Source: the human T2T-CHM13v2.0 reference genome, Homo sapiens. Taken from it: a stretch of DNA of 64,000 nt. Numbering within the stretch: position 1 is the first letter of the stretch; each line of letters begins with the position of its first letter. Location of the stretch: assembly GCF_009914755.1 (NCBI RefSeq), contig NC_060925.1; one strand, written 5' to 3'. The position numbers were made by a program, and so were the translations under genes. Positions 1 to 16,647 of this stretch are shown here, one piece after another. Below the pieces are notes generated by a model that was not told where the DNA came from, did not search any database, and saw only the letters and a list, made by a program, of their open reading frames with translations.

Positions 1-20
1 TATCTTCTTATCACTTTATA

Positions 21-244
21 ATAGTAGCTCTCACCCAAAGATTATTTTGTCCTCCACCCAAAGGGGCATTTGGCAATGTCTGGAGATATTTTTGGTTGTG
101 ACAAGTGGGAAAGTGAAGTGGTACCACTGGCATCTAATAGGGATTAGGGATGTCACTAAACATCCTACAATGCACAGGATGGTCTCCTACGACAAAGAGT
201 TATCTGGCCTAAAGTGTCAATGGTGTCAAGGTCGAGAAGCCTTG
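21..244 (+). mobile_element. MER20 (hAT-Charlie MITE)
   Basis: Matches the recalled consensus: GGGGCATTTGGCAATGTCTGGAGAtATTTTTGGTTGT...CTAAACATCCTACAATGCACAGGA...GTCAAGGTCGAGAAGCCTTG. Confidence 0.85.
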
Positions 245-1224
245 TTTCAAATTATTCATTTACTCTGTTTTGCCCAAATATTTGGTGGCACTTAGGAATT
301 CAAAAGAATGTAGTTTCTGAATTTTCTCTGGTAGGCTATTCCAGTTTTTTGTTATTGTTGTTGTTATTTTAGAGGATTAAAAAAATAAAAAGACAAAGGT
401 GGTTCTTTAAATATGGGCCATAGATCATTGGTCATTAGTAAGGGTTCTCTGTGTCTAAAATGCTGTTTGCATGAAAAGACTGAGCTTTATAAATGCATCT
501 TAAATAATATTTAAGTATTGACCAAAAGTATAAAAAGGAACATCTGGATAAATGATTCTAAAAATTATATCTAGAAAAGAGATGAATAAATTTCATTTTC
601 CACTAACAAGTTGTCACAAGATAGGATGTCATTCATGGGGTGGGTCTTTTGTTTAAGGATCACTTTTTTTTTTTTTTGAAGAGCATGTGATGTTCATATC
701 CATCAATCTTACCTATTTTTTTTTTAACTAAGGCCTAAATCATTCATTTAGCATATTTTCTATTTTATTTCAATAACAGCTCAATTTTGCTATTGTTATC
801 TATTCCAGTTTTCAAAAAGATTAGTGAAGTTTGACTTCTCATTGAAATGAGCTCCAAATGGGTTGTAAGAATGGAATTGCAGAGTCTTTAGCTCCTGAAT
901 GCCAAAAACTGATACTAATGGTATGATCCGTTTCTTTTTTTCTTGAACCTTGCTATTTCCTCTGCTATTTCCACCTGCTATTTATTCTTCTCCTGTTGTA
1001 AGAAAATACTAGTGATGCTAGGAAAAGGGAAGAATGGAAATGGGATTGTGTAGTGGTTTTGTTGGAGAGGAGCGATGGCTGGGGAACATTGGGTAGTTAA
1101 GAGCAAACTCTGAGAGCCTCTGAGCCATGAAATGATAAGGTGATAGCATTATGTATTTTTATGAGTTCTTGTTAAATAATTGTTATAATTCAGAAAATAC
1201 AGAATTGGGTAAAATGTTTATGAA

Positions 1225-1230
1225 AATAAA
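1225..1230 (+). terminator. Canonical polyadenylation signal, candidate distal UAP1 PAS
   Basis: AATAAA in TGAAAATAAAAGC, with T/GT-containing sequence downstream. Other AATAAA hexamers occur near 384 and 586. Confidence 0.5.
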
Positions 1231-2033
1231 AGCTAGAATAATTTGGCAGTAACAGTATAGAATTTATGTGACAGTTGATAGTCATTTTGAGTCTGGCTTG
1301 ATCGACTGGCTGTGATTTAATAACTTTTTTGATAGTCACAAGTGAACATATAAGCCCAATGGGTATGTTACTTGAATATTTGATTTTTGTTCAATTTCCC
1401 TCTTAACCTCTCTAATTTAATCCAGTTTTGATGTCCACAAAGGAATTTTTAGTGACGTCTATTGGAAGATAAAGAAAAATTCAGTTTTCAACTTCTACCT
1501 CTTCTATTCCTGGAAGTTTTGGCTTTTATTGGTAATTTTGATTTTATTTCTAATTCCAGCTTACTATTGCTAGCACTTCCTCTTTATTCATCACAGTACA
1601 GTCAGATTTCAGTTATCCAGGTAAAAAGAGGCAAGGAAAAAGCATGCATACTCTTAGAAGAGTGACTAAAACACAAATCATTCAGTTAGTTTGGAAATCT
1701 GTTTTTCTGTTGGCCAACGTGGACATTTTTGCAATTCATGGTCCTGTTTTGAGCCCTGGTTTAGGAAATACATATTGGGAAGTGATGAATGAATGAGTTA
1801 GCCAATAAGGACTGAGTGCTTGTCACGTGGCCAGCAATATTAGATGGGGTATAAAAAGTATAACACAGAGACTTGTCCTTAAAAAACTTACATTCTGGTT
1901 AAAGGGACAAAATTAACCCACGTAACAATGAAAAGATAATTTATTACTAAAATGTAAGGAATTAAGCTCAGTAAGAGTTAAACAAAGGTAATCATAAATT
2001 GGAGTTTATCGTGTCCTCATCGAAGGATCTCAT

Positions 2034-2942
<909 letters not shown>

Positions 2943-3069
2943 TGATTTAGAAGTGGATCATGAAAGGAAGATTTATAATTATTTTGGGGAGGAAAGGGGT
3001 CCCTTAACTGCATCAAGTTGCCAGGTGATTCATGCCCAAAATATGGGGTTAATTAGGAAATCTATAACT

Positions 3070-3243
3070 GATATTTCTAAGTGTGGTCGCCTGAACCAGG
3101 TACATCAGCATCACCTGGAAACTTAGAAATACAGATTCTCAGAATAACTACATTATGCATATGGGGGTGCAGCCTAGAAATGTGTGTTTTAACAAGCCAT
3201 CTGCATGATTTTGGTGTACACTAAGGCTTGAGAATGGTCACTG
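3070..3243. mobile_element. MER5A-like hAT element
   Basis: AAGTGTGGTC...CATCAGCATCACCTGG...GTGTTTTAACAAGCC...TTGAGAA. Confidence 0.65.
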
Positions 3244-3282
3244 TAAGAGAATTTGGGGAGGCTGACTGAAAGTTCAGAGATG

Positions 3283-3826
3283 TTCCTGTGTTGATTTGTT
3301 TAAGATAATGGCCTCCAGCTGCATCCGTGTTACTGCAAAGGACATGATTTCATTCTTTTTTATGGCTGCATAGTATTCCATGGTGTATATGTACCACATT
3401 TTCTTTATCCAGTCCACCTTTGATGGGCACCTAACTGGATTCCATGTCTTTGCTATTGTGAATAGTGCTGTGATGAACATACAAGTACATGTGTCTTTTT
3501 GGGTGAACGATTTATACATTTTTTTAGTTATATGCACAGTAATGGGATTGCTGGACCAAATGCCACATGTTTTCACTTATAAGTGGGAGCTAAACATTGG
3601 GTACTCGTGAACATAAAGATAGCAACGATAGAGACTGGGGACTGCTTGAGAGGGGAAAGAAAGGGTTGGAAAACCAATAGTTTTTCACCAGTAGTTGAAA
3701 AGCTATGCTTACTACCTGGGTGACAGAATCAATTGTACCCCAAGCCTCAGCATCACACAATATATTCATGTAACAAACCTGCACAGGTACTGCCTGAATC
3801 AAGAATAAAAGTTGAAATTATTAAAA
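3283..3826 (+). mobile_element. 5'-truncated, 5'-inverted older primate L1 (L1PA13-16/L1PB-like) 3' end
   Basis: 3283-3555 is the antisense ORF2 C-terminus (ORF track: MFITALFTIAKTWN...WIKKMWYIYTMEYYAAIKKNE). 3556-3826 is the sense 3' UTR. TSDs are AAAGTTCAGAGATG (3269-3282) and AATGTTCAGGGATG (3827-3840). Confidence 0.9.
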
Positions 3827-3956
3827 AATGTTCAGGGATGGTACTAAAAAGGAAACATAAATTAGGGAGAGAGACTGAGAGGCCAGTGTTTCCAGAGCAA
3901 TAATAAATTAAGCTAGAAACCAAATAGATAAATCTTATGTGAGCTTTGTTCTTTCA

Positions 3957-4511
<555 letters not shown>

Positions 4512-4886
4512 ACTTGGAGGCATAGACTTAGCTTAGAAATCAACAACCAAGGATGAGAGGGAAGAGACTGGATGTGTTCTGGCTTTGAAAGCTTAGACGA
4601 GGAGAAGAGTGAAGAACATTTCACTTGAGAACAGTACAAGCAAAAGATGAATACAGGCATTCTGGGGATAATTCCACTTTGCAAATATCTCAGACTGCTA
4701 GAAACAACCAGCCTAAATGGGGGTCTTTCTAAATTTTATCCCTGTCTGACTCAACATCTTCTGAAATGGGAATCAGGGTGGTAGGCAGGGAAGAGAAAGA
4801 GGAAAGTTAGTGAACAGTTTGGTTTAAAAATATTACAGGCACTTCTTTCGGGCTGAATGAGAAGTAAAAAGTATAATAATGTGTTA

Positions 4887-5195
<309 letters not shown>

Positions 5196-6053
5196 TTAAG
5201 GTGATGACGTTATGGGTGGGTTTTTTTCTCTCTATAAATTTTTGGACAATACATTCTTAATTTTATGATTAAAAAGCTTTATCTTTTATAAAGGCTCAAA
5301 GGAAAAATTAACCAAAGGTGTTCACATTAGCCACTTTGGTACAGCTGTGAAGGAAATCTGAGGTAAAATTGGCTGTGGTGCAGTTGAGGTGGAGGATGTA
5401 AACATACTTTCAGAGAGCGGAATGTGCATTGTTGCAGTATAAGAAAGCGTAGTCTCCATTATGCTATTGTCTTTGGCATTGGGCATTTAATAGAGTCTTC
5501 ATTTGTGAAATATGATAATGCCTTATGATTCAGAGGAATATACGAAGGAAATATATAGAAATTTAAGGTAATGCAGTTTGAGGTAAAGCTTTTTTTCAAG
5601 AGGTTTAATATGAGCCCTCTGATGGAATGTATACATTCAGTATTATGTCTTTAAAGCTGAAAGGTCTAAAAGGCTTGCCAAAAAACTCAGTGAGTCAGTG
5701 GTGACAATATGTTTATGTGAACAGTGTTTTCCAAATTATCAACAAAGTTAGGACACCATAAGAACAAAAAGTCTATCCTTGTAGCTTCATGACTCATCTT
5801 TTCCACATCAGTTCTTCAATTTCTGTCTCAGTGATTCCACTTCCCAGGAAATGATCCTTCCCACAAATCTCAGATTTTATTCTGGTAGGCAAAGTTTTTT
5901 TTTTCTTCTTACAAAACCATGTGTACAACTCATGTTGTATTTTATAGAGTAAAATATATAACATAATATGGATAAGATTGAAATGAGACAATCGATTTTC
6001 TTTTAAAGTTTAAAATATACATTTTATTTTATTTTTTAAAATAAATTCCTCAC

Positions 6054-6632
<579 letters not shown>

Positions 6633-6717
6633 TATTTTATAGACTTCTAAAAGGTCTGAAATGTGATAAAGGAGAGATTAACTGTCACACGAATATAAAG
6701 TAAATATTCAGTAAGGA

Positions 6718-6952
6718 TAACTATGGCTAACATATTCTAACACTTAACCATGTGTCAGGCATTGCACTAAGCACTTTACATACATTATCTCATTTAATCC
6801 TTATTACTTTCCTATGAAGTGGGAACTTTTATTGTCCAGTACACAGGGAAACTGAGGCATAGAGGTTAAGTAAATTGTTTAAGATTATATACCTCATAAG
6901 AAGCAAAGCTGAGAATTGAACCCAGAGTCTAAATCCAGAGGCCCATACTTTT
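6718..6952 (-). mobile_element. MIR
   Basis: GCACTTTACATACATTATCTCATTTAATCC...GGAAACTGAGGCATAGAGGTTAAGTAA. Confidence 0.85.
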
Positions 6953-7207
6953 TGTCTACTTAAAATAAATTCAAACATACACAATAGAACAGAGTAATAA
7001 GCCTCTATTACTTAGTTTCTAACAATTAATTGTGGTTAGTCTTGGTTCATTTATTTCTCACTTTCCCTCTACACCCCACCCACCCACTGAATTACTTTAA
7101 AATCAGTTCAACATCTTGGTTGTAATACTTCATTGTATCAGTGTATATTGGAGTGATAAAATAACCAGTGTATGTGTGTGTTTATATATATGAATATATA
7201 TATGTAT

Positions 7208-7482
7208 TTAGACCAGGTCTCACTCTGTCACCCAGGCTGGAGTACAGTGGCATGAACATGGCTCACTGCAGCCCCGAACTCCTGGGCTCAAGTGATCCCC
7301 CAACCTCAGCTTCCCAAGTAGCTGGTACTACAGGCACATGCCACTGGTCCAGGTAATTTATTTTGTAGAGACGAGGTCTTGCCATGTTGCCCAGGCTGTT
7401 CCCAAACTCCTGGGCGCAAGTGATCCTCCCACCTCAGCTTCTCAAAGTGTTGGGATTACAGGCGTGAGCCACAATGCCCACC
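7208..7482 (-). mobile_element. AluJ
   Basis: GGTCTCACTCTGTCACCCAGG...CTCCTGGGCTCAAGTGATCC, AluJ-type diagnostics. Confidence 0.9.
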
Positions 7483-7575
7483 CCATGATATTTTTAAAAC
7501 CTTAATAATTAACAATCATGCCTTAATATCATGTAGTATCCAGCCAGTGTTTGAACTTCCCCAAGTGTCTCATAA

Positions 7576-7881
<306 letters not shown>

Positions 7882-8178
7882 CCAGTGTCTCATAAATATA
7901 TATTTTTTATGTTGCATTATTTGAATCAGGCTCTACAGTCAATTTATTGCCTTTGACTAATATGTCTTTTAAATATTCCCTTAAATATTTAAAAATATAT
8001 GCAGGTCCTCCTTCCTCTTCTTTTTTTTTTTTTGTTTGATATTTATTTGTTAGAAAAAACTGGTTACTTTTTCAACATAGATTTGCAGATTTTGGGTTTC
8101 ATTTCCATGATGTCCTTTAACTTGCTCCTCTAGCCTCCATATTTCCTGAAAATTATAGTTATAGCTGAAGCTTGATGA

Positions 8179-8481
<303 letters not shown>

Positions 8482-8514
8482 TAATCAATTTTGTAAAGTT
8501 AAAAATATTTCATA

Positions 8515-8833
<319 letters not shown>

Positions 8834-9350
8834 TCATAGATAGTGTGCATACTTCATGTTAATCTCATTAGAGGCACATAAATTCAGTTCTTGTTCAGCC
8901 TAACAAGATAAAGAGTATCTCTGTGTTCTTATAAAGATATTTTAAAATCAGTCCTCTGAAAATAGATTAATAAAATATTAAAATCACCTAGGGTCACTAT
9001 GGAATAAAGAAATCCTAATTTAAAGAGGAAATAGTGGCCCTTGATCCAACTATTTAATATGGCCTTAGTAGAATTAGCTGTATTTAGGGCAAGTCAGACT
9101 TTATTGTGAAATGTAATAGGTGTCTGCATTCTCTTCATTTTAATCAAAGAAACTTAAATGGCTTCTTTTCTTCCACATGTCCTATCCTTGACAAGATGGG
9201 CAATATCACTAAGGGGCCTGGTTTTCTATTATCTGATGCTAGGAAGTATAAACTTGTACTTACTGTTCTTGTTTCTCTTTTATCTGTGTATCTTTGCCAT
9301 TCTGTTTTCTCAATGAATAGTATGTTCTCTCCCATTCAGGTACCTTAATG

Positions 9351-9819
9351 GTGTCTATTTTATTTTATTGCTGCATAACACCACATATTTATTTTTTAGT
9401 TTCTAAAGATTAGTAATCCAGGAGTGGCTTAGCTGGATAGTTCTGTCTCTGGTTCTCTCATGAGGTTGGAGTCAAGCCATCAGCCAAGGCAGAAGTCATC
9501 CAGACTGCACTGGGGCTGAAGACCGTGATGCCAAGCTCACTCACGTGGCCTTTGGTAAAAGGCCTCAGTCCTGTGCCATATGGACCTCTCCATAGGACCT
9601 CATGACAAGGAAGCTGGCTTTCCTCAGCACAAGTGACCCAAGCAAGAGAGACAGCAGCAAGATAGAAGCCAGTGTCTTTTATAATTAACCTCAGAAGTGA
9701 CATAGCATCATGTCTATAATACCATATTGGTCAACTATTGTACAATAAGTGACTACTCAAGGGTATAAATACTGGAAGGCAGAGATTATGGGGACCCATC
9801 TTAAAGGCTGGCTTCCACA
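9351..9819 (-). mobile_element. MLT1 (MaLR) LTR, MLT1F-like
   Basis: TATTGCTGCATAACA...GGCTTAGCTGG...CTCACTCACGTGGC...AGAAGTGACA...GGCTGGCTTCCACA. Confidence 0.75.
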
Positions 9820-10707
9820 AACTTAGGTGTAAAATTCTTAACACAATTTTAGCAAATAGAATTCAACAATATATTAGATGGATAATATAACAAAGTGGGG
9901 TGTAGCCCAGGAATGCATGGTTGGCTTAACATTTGAAAATTAATAAGGAGAATTCAATATATTAACAGACAAAAAGACAAATTATAGATTTAGGAAATAC
10001 ATTTCTCAAAATCCAACATCCTTTCCTTATAAAATTTTAGTCTCATGACACTAGGGATAGAAGGAATAGATGTGATAAACAAAGGTCATGTTTGCAAACC
10101 TACATTTTACTATCACACTTAATGGTAAAAGACTTGTGTATTTCCCCCCCAAAATCAGGAACAAGGCAGTATGTTCTTTTTTGCTACCTCTATTCAATGT
10201 TGTATAGAAGTTATACCCAGTAAAATAAGGCAAGAAAAACATATAGGTATCTACATTGGAAAGGAATAAATAAATCTGTCTATTTGAAGATGACATGATT
10301 ATCTACCTTGAAAATCCTGTGGGATCTGCATGCAAGTTATCAGAGCTAATAAGTTTAACAAGGTTGTGGGATACAAGATCAACATACAAAAATCATTTGT
10401 ATTTCTATATTCTAGCAACAAATAATTAGACATTAAAATTTAGAAAATCAACATCATTTATAGTAATGTTAAAACATGAAATGCTTATGGGTAAATCTGA
10501 CTAATATGTGAAGGACCTGTACATTGAAAAGTACAAAATGTTGTTGAGTAAAATTACAGAAGTAGATCAGAAGATTTGGTGTTAAGATGTCAGTTCTCCC
10601 CAAAATGATCTATAGATGACAAGGTAGACAAATATATCAATGAGACAGAATAGATAATCGATAAATAGACTAATCTAGAAATAGACAATACATATATTGT
10701 CAATTTG

Positions 10708-10830
10708 AGTCCGGGCGTGGTGGCTCACGCCTATAATCTCAAGATTTTGGGAAGCTGAGGTAGGAGGATCACTTGAAGCCGGGAATTCAAGATCAGCCTG
10801 GTCAACATAGTGAGACCCCCCATCTCAGAA
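10708..10830 (+). mobile_element. Alu left monomer (FLAM/AluJ)
   Basis: Single arm followed by a purine tail. TATATTGTCAATT flanks both sides. Confidence 0.85.
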
Positions 10831-10909
10831 AAGAAAAAGAAAGGAAAGAAAGGAAGAAGGAAGGAAGGAAAAGAGGGAGGAAGGGAGGGAAAGGAAGGAA
10901 AGGAAGAAA
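10828..10909 (+). repeat. GA-rich (GGAA/GAAA) low-complexity tract
   Basis: About 80 nt of pure purines derived from the Alu tail. Confidence 0.9.
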
Positions 10910-11117
10910 TAAGTATATTGTCAATTCATTTTCAACTAAGGTGCAGAGACATTTCAATGGAGAAAAATAGTATTTTCAACAAACGGTGCTGAAACAATTA
11001 GATATCCATCTTCAAGAAAGTAAACTTATACATACCTTGCACCAAATATAAAAAGTAATTTGAAATAAAGCATAGACCTAAATGTAAAACCTAAAACTAT
11101 ATAAAACTTCTAGAAGA

Positions 11118-11447
<330 letters not shown>

Positions 11448-11701
11448 TCAATAAAGAAGGTAAGCTGATAGCAAATGAGCACACAAAAAGATGCTAAACG
11501 TCATTAGGGAAATGGAAATGCAAACCATGATGATGAGGTACCCTGACACATCTATTAAAATGTGTAGAATTAAAAGGACTGATCATACAAGGCGTTGACC
11601 AGGATACAGAACTCTCACAGATTGTTGGTGCCAAGATAAAATGGCATAGCCATGTTGAAAAGAAGTTTGGCAGTCCCTTAAAAGTTAAATATAAATTTGG
11701 C

Positions 11702-12005
<304 letters not shown>

Positions 12006-12438
12006 CTAGCAATAATATTGGAAGAAAAGCCAGGCACAAAAGAGTATCCATTTCATTATTCCATATATATGATCAAGAATTGGCAAAACTAATCTATGAT
12101 GGAAAAGGCTAGAAGAGTCAAGTTCTATGGAAGGGGTATCTATTGAGGGAGAACCACAAGGGAGCCTCCTGAGTGCTGGATATATCTGTATTTTTATCAG
12201 CTGTGGCAACAGATACATTTCTAAAAATTAGGCTGAACACTTAAAATTTGTTTTTAATGTTATGCCTCAATTAAAAAGAAAAAAGTATATGCATTTTGAA
12301 GTTTGAAAATATATTTTAAAATAATTAATTGATTAAAGAGAGAGTTTAAATAACTTATTCAACACTTCATAACTAGCGGATGGTGAGTGAGGATTAAAAT
12401 CCAGGTCTGTCTGGCTCTGAGATCCCTGCTTTGAATTA

Positions 12439-12491
12439 TTAGGCTGGTGCAAAAGTAATTGTGGTTTTTGCCATTGAAAGTAATGGCAAAA
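12439..12491. mobile_element. MADE1 (Hsmar1 MITE), right arm truncated
   Basis: TTAGGCTGGTGCAAAAGTAATTGTGGTTTTTGCCATTGAAAGTAATGGCAAAA. Confidence 0.85.
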
Positions 12492-13871
12492 TACTACCAT
12501 TGTTGCAATTAATACTATGCTATGCTGCTACCCACCACACCTTCTAATCCCAACAACATTCTGAAAAATGCTATACATACCAACCATGGCTTTTGAAAGA
12601 GTAAAGGAATAAAATAGTTGGGTTTATAATTTTTAAGCTATCAGAATTGAGGAGCAATGGAAAATAACTATGAATGAAGAGAGAGCAAATATTTTTAGTG
12701 AATTTCACAATTAGCAGTTTGGGAAAAGGGCCCATTGGTATGAGACGGCTCAGCCTGTGGTATCCGAGGAGGAAGGGTCAAAAGCACAAAGAGAGAGAGT
12801 GCCAGATGGTGATCAGGGCCAGATGGCTGTCGCCAGGGTCATGCTCAAGCTAGTGCGAATTAAGAAGAATCACAATAAGCTTATGCAACACCAGCCCAAA
12901 GCCAATTATTGTTCTTGGACTTAGGGTATATTTCCTCTTTATTTATAGGAAAGTGTATGTTTGTATGTGTGTGTTTGTATATGGGGGGGTTGTGTTTGCA
13001 GGGGATGGCAAAGAGCAGTTCTGGGAATAATGAATCAACATTTGAAAGTAGAGTTGGGCTATACTTAGGTGAGTGTAATTGTTTCAGTGGAAAAGTTTTT
13101 CTCACATTCTTTCCCTTCCCTTTATTATATTCTCGTAACATACTGAAGGGCAGTGCATTTGGCAGGCTGAATTTGGCACTGCTCAGACAGCCTCAGTAGA
13201 GCAAAGGGCCTGAGGACACTAAATTCTATCCGGTCCCATTTACAGAGCTGTTGGGCAATGAAATGGTGCTCTTGATAACTTGCTTCCAGGGGGTGAGAAG
13301 CAGAAAACCACAACCTACGGTTCCTGTCTTGGGTTGCAGGTGGAAGTTGAGAGCCCTACCCCTGCATAACAAAGTTGTAAGACTAACTGCTTTGCTTATT
13401 GGCGTATTCTTAATCAGAGACAAGAATATCCAAATAGTGATCAAATTAAAGGCCCATAGTACTCTTTGGTTAACGTTTATTAGTAGCAAGCTATTTTTGT
13501 CTCACTCTTCTATCCTCGTAACCAAATTTGGTTGGGCTTCCAAAAATGATACTCCAGGGTCTTGTTTCTGGAGCTGTCTGGAATCCTCTGGAATGTGGCA
13601 GCAGCCCTCAGCCCCACTGCCTGTCCTACCCTAATCTGCCCTGCTGTCAGGGGGGCTTGCATAAGCATAAGTTGAGGGTAATGATGAGCTAATATCTGAA
13701 GCCATGGAGCAGAATGTATTTGCTTAAGCCGGGTTTTATAGCTTGATTTTTCACTTATTTTCTGAGTGTATTATAGGCTAGTTTCTGTGAGTCGGCTGCC
13801 TTCCTGGGGGCCTTGTCCCGGCTGGGCATGTTTAACTGTTTTTTGTAGCCTTTCCCGCAAGGCTATTTCTG

Positions 13872-13888
13872 TGCAGTAGAGGGCAGTA
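13872..13888 (+). promoter_or_regulatory. Candidate CTCF site
   Basis: TGCAGTAGAGGGCAGTA matches CCASYAGRKGGCRS with one mismatch and lies in non-repeat DNA. Confidence 0.6.
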
Positions 13889-14189
13889 TTTTCAAATGCT
13901 CAGGTATTAGCGCCTCAGCCTTAGGAGAATGTTTAGCCCAGGTCCAAGTTACACAGGGTTGAGTAAAAGCCCACCTGCTTGACCGTCTGAGAAATGCTGA
14001 CATCATCCATACCTCGATCCTCTGTGTCCTACCAGCAGATGAAGGGCACCCAGGTTCATTAATAGAAACTTGGAAATGCAGAGAAATAGCATATTTAAAA
14101 TGACCTCTTTTCGAATGCAGCTGCTATTGTTTCTGTGTATTTTTCTCTTAGGTATTTCTTTTCTATGTACCTTAAAGAGTGCATAAATA

Positions 14190-14490
<301 letters not shown>

Positions 14491-14828
14491 TTAAATAGTT
14501 AACACTATAGCAAAAACATTTCCTCATATTGTGTAATTAATATTTATAAGTCTACTTTTTATTTGCTGAATCATGTTTATTCAGGTGGATTTGTTAACCT
14601 TTTACTTAGTGTTGAACATTAATTTTTTTCTTCCAGCTTTTTGATAATATAAATAATGCTGTGACAAATATTTTTTAATAAGAGGCTTTCCATATTTATA
14701 AGTATTTCCTGAGTATGGATTCCCAGACATAGAATTATTTGGTCAAAGAATATAAATATTCTTAAAGCTCTGATTACTGTTTTTTTTTGCATTGCTAGGG
14801 AATTTTACTAATTTATACTTTTGCCAGT

Positions 14829-15447
14829 TGTCTTAGTTTTTTTTTATTGCTGCCATAACAAATTACCACAAACTTAGTGGTTTAAACTACACAAACTTAA
14901 TTATCTTATATTTTTGCAGGTCAGAAGTCTGGTACAGGTCCCATCAGGCTAAAATCAGGTTGTTGTCAGGGCTGAGTTTCTTCCCATAGGCTCTAGGGAA
15001 GGAAGAATCCGTTTTTTTTTTTTTTCGCTGATTCAGGTGGCAGCATGGAGTTCCATGGGGTTGTGGGACTGAGGCTCCTGTTTCCTTGTTGGCTGTTAGT
15101 TGGGGCTGTCCGTAGCTCCCCCACGCCGCTCTCTGGTCCTTGCAGATGGCGCCTACATCTCAGAACCAGTAATAGGGTATTGAATCCTTCTCATGCTGCC
15201 ATTTTCAGACTCATTCTGTTGCTTTTGGTTGTTGTATCTCTCTGACCCAGCGGGAAAGGTTCTACGTTTTTAAGGGCTCATGGGATTAGACAGGACCACT
15301 CAGATAACCAACGATAATCTTCCTATTTTAGGGGCCTTACGCTTAATCCCATCAGCAGAGTCCCTATTGCCATGCAAGGTAACATATTCTCAGGTTCTGG
15401 GGATTAGGACATGGATAACTCTGGGGGCCATTATTCTTCCTACCCCA
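14829..15447 (-). mobile_element. MLT1 (MaLR) LTR, MLT1D/E-like
   Basis: TTGCTGCCATAACAAATTACCACAAACTTAGTGG...GGTCAGAAGTC...AAGGTAACATATTCTCAGGTTCTGGGGATTAGGACATGG...GGGGCCATTATTC. Confidence 0.85.
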
Positions 15448-16175
15448 CCAACAATACACAATTTTTTATTTCACCAAATCTTAACTTCACCAGATATTAT
15501 AAACACTTGTGTAATAATTTGATAGACAAAAAGATTTAAATAAGAATTTAAACATGTATTTTTGTTTAGTTGTGAAGATGAACATTTTTTGTGCTTTACA
15601 CAGTTACTTTTGTTTATGTCTTTCTTGTTGACAGAAGAAACATATCTTTTCTGTCATTTCCCTGCCAGTTCTACTTATTGCTTGGACTTTAATACATTTT
15701 TTCTTCTTGAAATCACATTTGCCTCTTTTTTGTTTATTCTTCATTTGCTTCAATCATCCTCAAACAATGTCCCACAAAGGGAGAATGAAAACCAAATTTC
15801 CTGAGTTCTTGGAAACTTTATTCTCATATTTGATAGATATTTTGACAGGGTAGATACTTTTAAGTTTAGGAGAATTTTTCTTTAGGAGTTTAATGGTCTT
15901 GCTTCATTGGCTCCAAGCATCCATTATTGTTCATGAAAAGCCTGATGCTAGTCTGATTCCTATTTGTAGGTAAACTATTTTTTCCTTCTCTGGAAGGCTT
16001 AAGAATCTTTTCTGTATCTTGGGAGACATGAAATTTCACAATGATATTCCTAACAGAGAGTGCGTACTCTGATAGCCCCCCTTCTTTTTCTGATAGATTC
16101 TTCTGATATTAACTAATTAATGTAAATGTTTTTATTATGGAAAATTTAAAGCACATGCAAAAGAAGATAAAATAG

Positions 16176-16431
<256 letters not shown>

Positions 16432-16647
16432 GCAATTAATTATTTCAGTTTTAAGAACTCTGGTAATATCTTAATTTCTTCTTCATTATGAAGGATAGTT
16501 TTGCTGACATGGAATTCTCAATTGACATTCTTTTTCTTTCAGCACCTTGAATATGTTATACCACTGCCTTCTGACCTCCATGGTATCTGATGAGGAGTCA
16601 GTATTTAGTGTTATTGAGGATATCCTTTATCATTTTATCATGCATGG

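Larger units (their letters stand above)
1..1253 (+). other. UAP1: Probable distal 3' UTR of UAP1 (gene upstream of DDR2)
   Basis: Inferred from the recalled gene order UAP1-DDR2 and the distance to the DDR2 first exon. AT-rich non-coding sequence ending shortly after AATAAA at 1225-1230. No UAP1 coding sequence is present, so the call is positional. Confidence 0.5.

Noticed and set aside
3274-3576. 100-aa ORF resembling a real protein
   Set aside because: It is the L1 ORF2 C-terminal remnant within the inverted L1.
10828-10909. GGAA microsatellite as an EWS-FLI1 response element
   Set aside because: There are at most three consecutive GGAA units; it is a degenerate Alu tail.
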